NCBI GenBank assembly: GCA_965217895.1
Contig: CBDCJV010000002.1
Span: forward strand, 96,001-160,000
DNA length: 64,000 nucleotides
From: Waterburya sp.
GTDB taxonomy: Bacteria; Cyanobacteriota; Cyanobacteriia; Cyanobacteriales; Xenococcaceae
Reading direction: 5' to 3'
Below are positions 61,686 to 64,000 of this stretch, piece after piece. A model generated the notes under the pieces. That model saw only the letters and a list, made by a program, of their open reading frames with translations. It was not told where the DNA came from and did not search any database. Each line of letters starts with the position of its first letter. Within the stretch, counting starts at the first letter, position 1. Both the position numbers and the translations under genes were made by a program.

Positions 61686-62096
61686 ATGAAAAACCTACAA
61701 AGAGAACTTGTAGAGATTTTAAAAGAAGATTATCAACATTTTCCTGAGAATCAAACTTTTGATATCTACGCAGACGATGTTTACTTTAAAGATCCTTTAA
61801 ATGAATTTCGGGGACTTAAAAAGTATCAGGCAATGATCGGCTTTTTAAATAACTTCTTTAGCAATGTTGAAATGGAAGTATATAACGTAACTCAAGAAGG
61901 TGCAAAAATAAAAACCGAATGGACGTTAAATATGACTCCTCCCTTACCTTGGAAACCCCGCTTATCAATTCCTGGCTGGAGTGAATTAGGAATTAACGAT
62001 GATAATTTAATTTCATCGCATATTGACTACTGGCATATTTCACCCTGGAATGTTTTGCGCCAAAATTTCTTTTCGGGTAAAAAAGCGTCACAATAA
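61686..62096 (+). CDS. DUF2358 / SnoaL-like protein
   Basis: [20 protein letters not shown]...PLPWKP, SHIDYW. Confidence 0.85.
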   Translation: MKNLQRELVEILKEDYQHFPENQTFDIYADDVYFKDPLNEFRGLKKYQAMIGFLNNFFSNVEMEVYNVTQEGAKIKTEWTLNMTPPLPWKPRLSIPGWSELGINDDNLISSHIDYWHISPWNVLRQNFFSGKKASQ

Positions 62097-62140
62097 AGTT
62101 AAGTAATGTAAATATATTTAATTTAGGATCTAAATTTTTT

Positions 62141-63319
62141 ATGCGAGTAATTTTAATGACTGGTAAGGGCGGAGTAGGTAAAACCTCTGTTGCTGCTGCC
62201 ACTGGTTTGCGTTGTGCAGAGTTAGGATATAGAACCTTAGTACTTAGTACCGACCCTGCTCACTCTTTGGCGGACAGCTTCGATCTCGAATTAGGACATG
62301 ATCCAATACAAGTCCGTCCTAATCTTTGGGGTGCAGAACTTGATGCCTTGAGAGAATTGGAAGGCAATTGGGGTGCGGTGAAGCGTTATATTACTCAAGT
62401 TTTGCAAGCCAGAGGCTTAGATGGTGTTCAAGCTGAAGAATTAGCAATCTTACCAGGGATGGATGAAATCTTTGGTTTAGTCAGAATGAAGCGTCATTAC
62501 GATGATGGTGACTACGATATTTTAATTATCGATTCAGCACCGACAGGTACGGCTTTGAGACTTTTAAGCTTACCTGAAGTTGGTGGTTGGTACATGAGAC
62601 GCTTTTATAAGCCCTTACAGGGAATGTCCGCAGCTTTGCGTCCTTTAGTCGAGCCATTCTTCAAACCTATTGCCGGTTTTTCTCTACCTGATAAAGAAGT
62701 AATGGATGCTCCCTATGAATTTTACGAGCAGATAGAAGCTTTAGAAAAGGTTTTGACCGATAATACCAAAACTTCGGTACGGTTGGTAATGAACCCCGAA
62801 AAGATGGTGATTAAAGAGTCTTTGCGCGCTCATGCTTATCTAAGTTTATACAACGTGGCTACAGACTTAGTAATAGCAAATCGGGTAATTCCTGATGAGG
62901 TGAGCGATCCTTTTTTCCAACGCTGGAAAGAAAACCAGAACGTCTATAAGCAAGAGATTTACGATAACTTTCATCCTTTGCCTGTCAAGGAAGCTCCTTT
63001 GTTTCCTACCGAAATGTGTGGTATGGAAGCATTAGAAAAGCTTAAAGAAATCTTGTATAAAGACGAAGATCCTACTCAGGTTTATTACAAAGAAAACACG
63101 ATTAAAATAATTCAAGAAGAAGGTAACTATAGTCTTCATCTATATCTGCCAGGGATTCCTAAAGAAAAAATTCAGTTAAATAAAACTGGTGATGAATTAA
63201 ACGTCAGAATTGGTAATCATCGTCGTAACTTGGTCTTACCTCAAGCTTTGGCAGCACTTGAACCATCGGGAGCAAAAATGGATGATGATTATTTAAAAAT
63301 TAGTTTCAAATCCCTGTAA
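62141..63319 (+). CDS. TRC40/GET3/ArsA-family ATPase with C-terminal alpha-crystallin-like domain
   Basis: [35 protein letters not shown]-terminal [14 protein letters not shown]. Confidence 0.92.
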   Translation: MRVILMTGKGGVGKTSVAAATGLRCAELGYRTLVLSTDPAHSLADSFDLELGHDPIQVRPNLWGAELDALRELEGNWGAVKRYITQVLQARGLDGVQAEELAILPGMDEIFGLVRMKRHYDDGDYDILIIDSAPTGTALRLLSLPEVGGWYMRRFYKPLQGMSAALRPLVEPFFKPIAGFSLPDKEVMDAPYEFYEQIEALEKVLTDNTKTSVRLVMNPEKMVIKESLRAHAYLSLYNVATDLVIANRVIPDEVSDPFFQRWKENQNVYKQEIYDNFHPLPVKEAPLFPTEMCGMEALEKLKEILYKDEDPTQVYYKENTIKIIQEEGNYSLHLYLPGIPKEKIQLNKTGDELNVRIGNHRRNLVLPQALAALEPSGAKMDDDYLKISFKSL

Positions 63320-63340
63320 AATTTTAATTTTTCTGGGTCT

Positions 63341-64000
63341 TTAGTTAGTAGGTTTTTTGCAGCTTTGATTGGTTACTTCTGCTTCTGCCTGCATTTTAGC
63401 GACTAATTTGGAATTTGCTGGCGACATAGATTTGCGAGTAATTTTTGAGCTAGGTAGTGGTTCAAGAGACTCTAAATGTGGTGTTAACCCAATACTTTTT
63501 TCAATGGGAATCGCTAAGCTTAAGCGCGTGATTAATTTCTGCAACCCAGGACAGGGCTGAGAACCATCTTGATATATTTCAGGAGAATCCCAAAGAGGGT
63601 AGGCGTGTTTACCATTTATCCCAACTACTTCTCCCTGACTATTTAATAAAGGGCCTCCGCTCATACCTCTTTGAACATTGTTGGTATAGCCTATTTGATA
63701 TCCTTCCTCAAGAGCTTGGTTTAAAACCATAGCAACTCGACCCGACTTAAGCACAAAACCATTAGGCTCATCATTTTGCGGCTGTTTTGAGATAAAGGGA
63801 GAAGATATTTTTTCTAATTCAGAACGGGGAAATCCAGCAGCATATATTGGTTCTCCAACCTCAAGGGATAAAGAGCTACCAATTTTTGCTGTGGGATAGG
63901 TATTATTGGAGTTAAATTCTAATACAGCCAAATCATAATCTTGTTTGGAAGTTGAACTGGTAACAACTTTTGCTGAATAGGTCTTTCCATCAGCAGTTTG
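63341..64000 (-). CDS. Trypsin-like serine protease (5' end outside window)
   Basis: Frame stays open to the window edge (QTADGKTYSAKV...DLAVLEF); AAGFP, GMSGGPLLN, VVGING. Confidence 0.85.
   Translation of the reverse strand, partial: QTADGKTYSAKVVTSSTSKQDYDLAVLEFNSNNTYPTAKIGSSLSLEVGEPIYAAGFPRSELEKISSPFISKQPQNDEPNGFVLKSGRVAMVLNQALEEGYQIGYTNNVQRGMSGGPLLNSQGEVVGINGKHAYPLWDSPEIYQDGSQPCPGLQKLITRLSLAIPIEKSIGLTPHLESLEPLPSSKITRKSMSPANSKLVAKMQAEAEVTNQSCKKPTN

Noticed and set aside
62141..63319. Arsenic resistance ArsA or a Zorya effector
   Set aside because: It is a single-domain GET3-like form with no ars genes nearby, and its pairing with DUF2358 looks like core cyanobacterial context.

Overview
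This AT-rich window comes from a cyanobacterial chromosome. The evidence is the very frequent HIP1 octamer GCGATCGC plus LPOR, an HCP/CTDH carotenoproteins pair, an MPBQ methyltransferase and a DnaK3/DnaJ pair. The gene style suggests Pleurocapsales, which is an inference. Housekeeping genes (mtnA, por, dnaK, dnaJ, tsaE, yvcK, ruvC, trpB, nnr, deoC, recO, feoAB, tadA, an ArsA/GET3 ATPase) are interspersed with accessory loci. (1) A Zorya-like anti-phage locus (ZorA, ZorB, EH-signature ZorC) has no ZorD or ZorE but a tightly linked unknown 114-aa gene. (2) A mycosporine sunscreen cluster mysABC lacks mysD/E and continues into an atypical methyltransferase and a Na+/solute symporter. (3) A hicAB toxin-antitoxin cassette lies between two diverged 160-bp copies of the symporter 3' end, both starting exactly at a HIP1 site. 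(4) A ~4-kb island with no HIP1 site that I could find, bounded by 63-bp direct repeats between deoC and recO, encodes an ArgG-like ligase (frameshifted by a 16-bp duplication), an Fe/2OG dioxygenase and a DMT exporter. (5) A glutamine riboswitch precedes a DUF4278 gene. (6) Several tiny structured repeats show compensatory base changes between copies, alongside MITE-like elements and an IS5/IS903 remnant cut at a HIP1 site. All family assignments are by motif recognition only; no searches were run.
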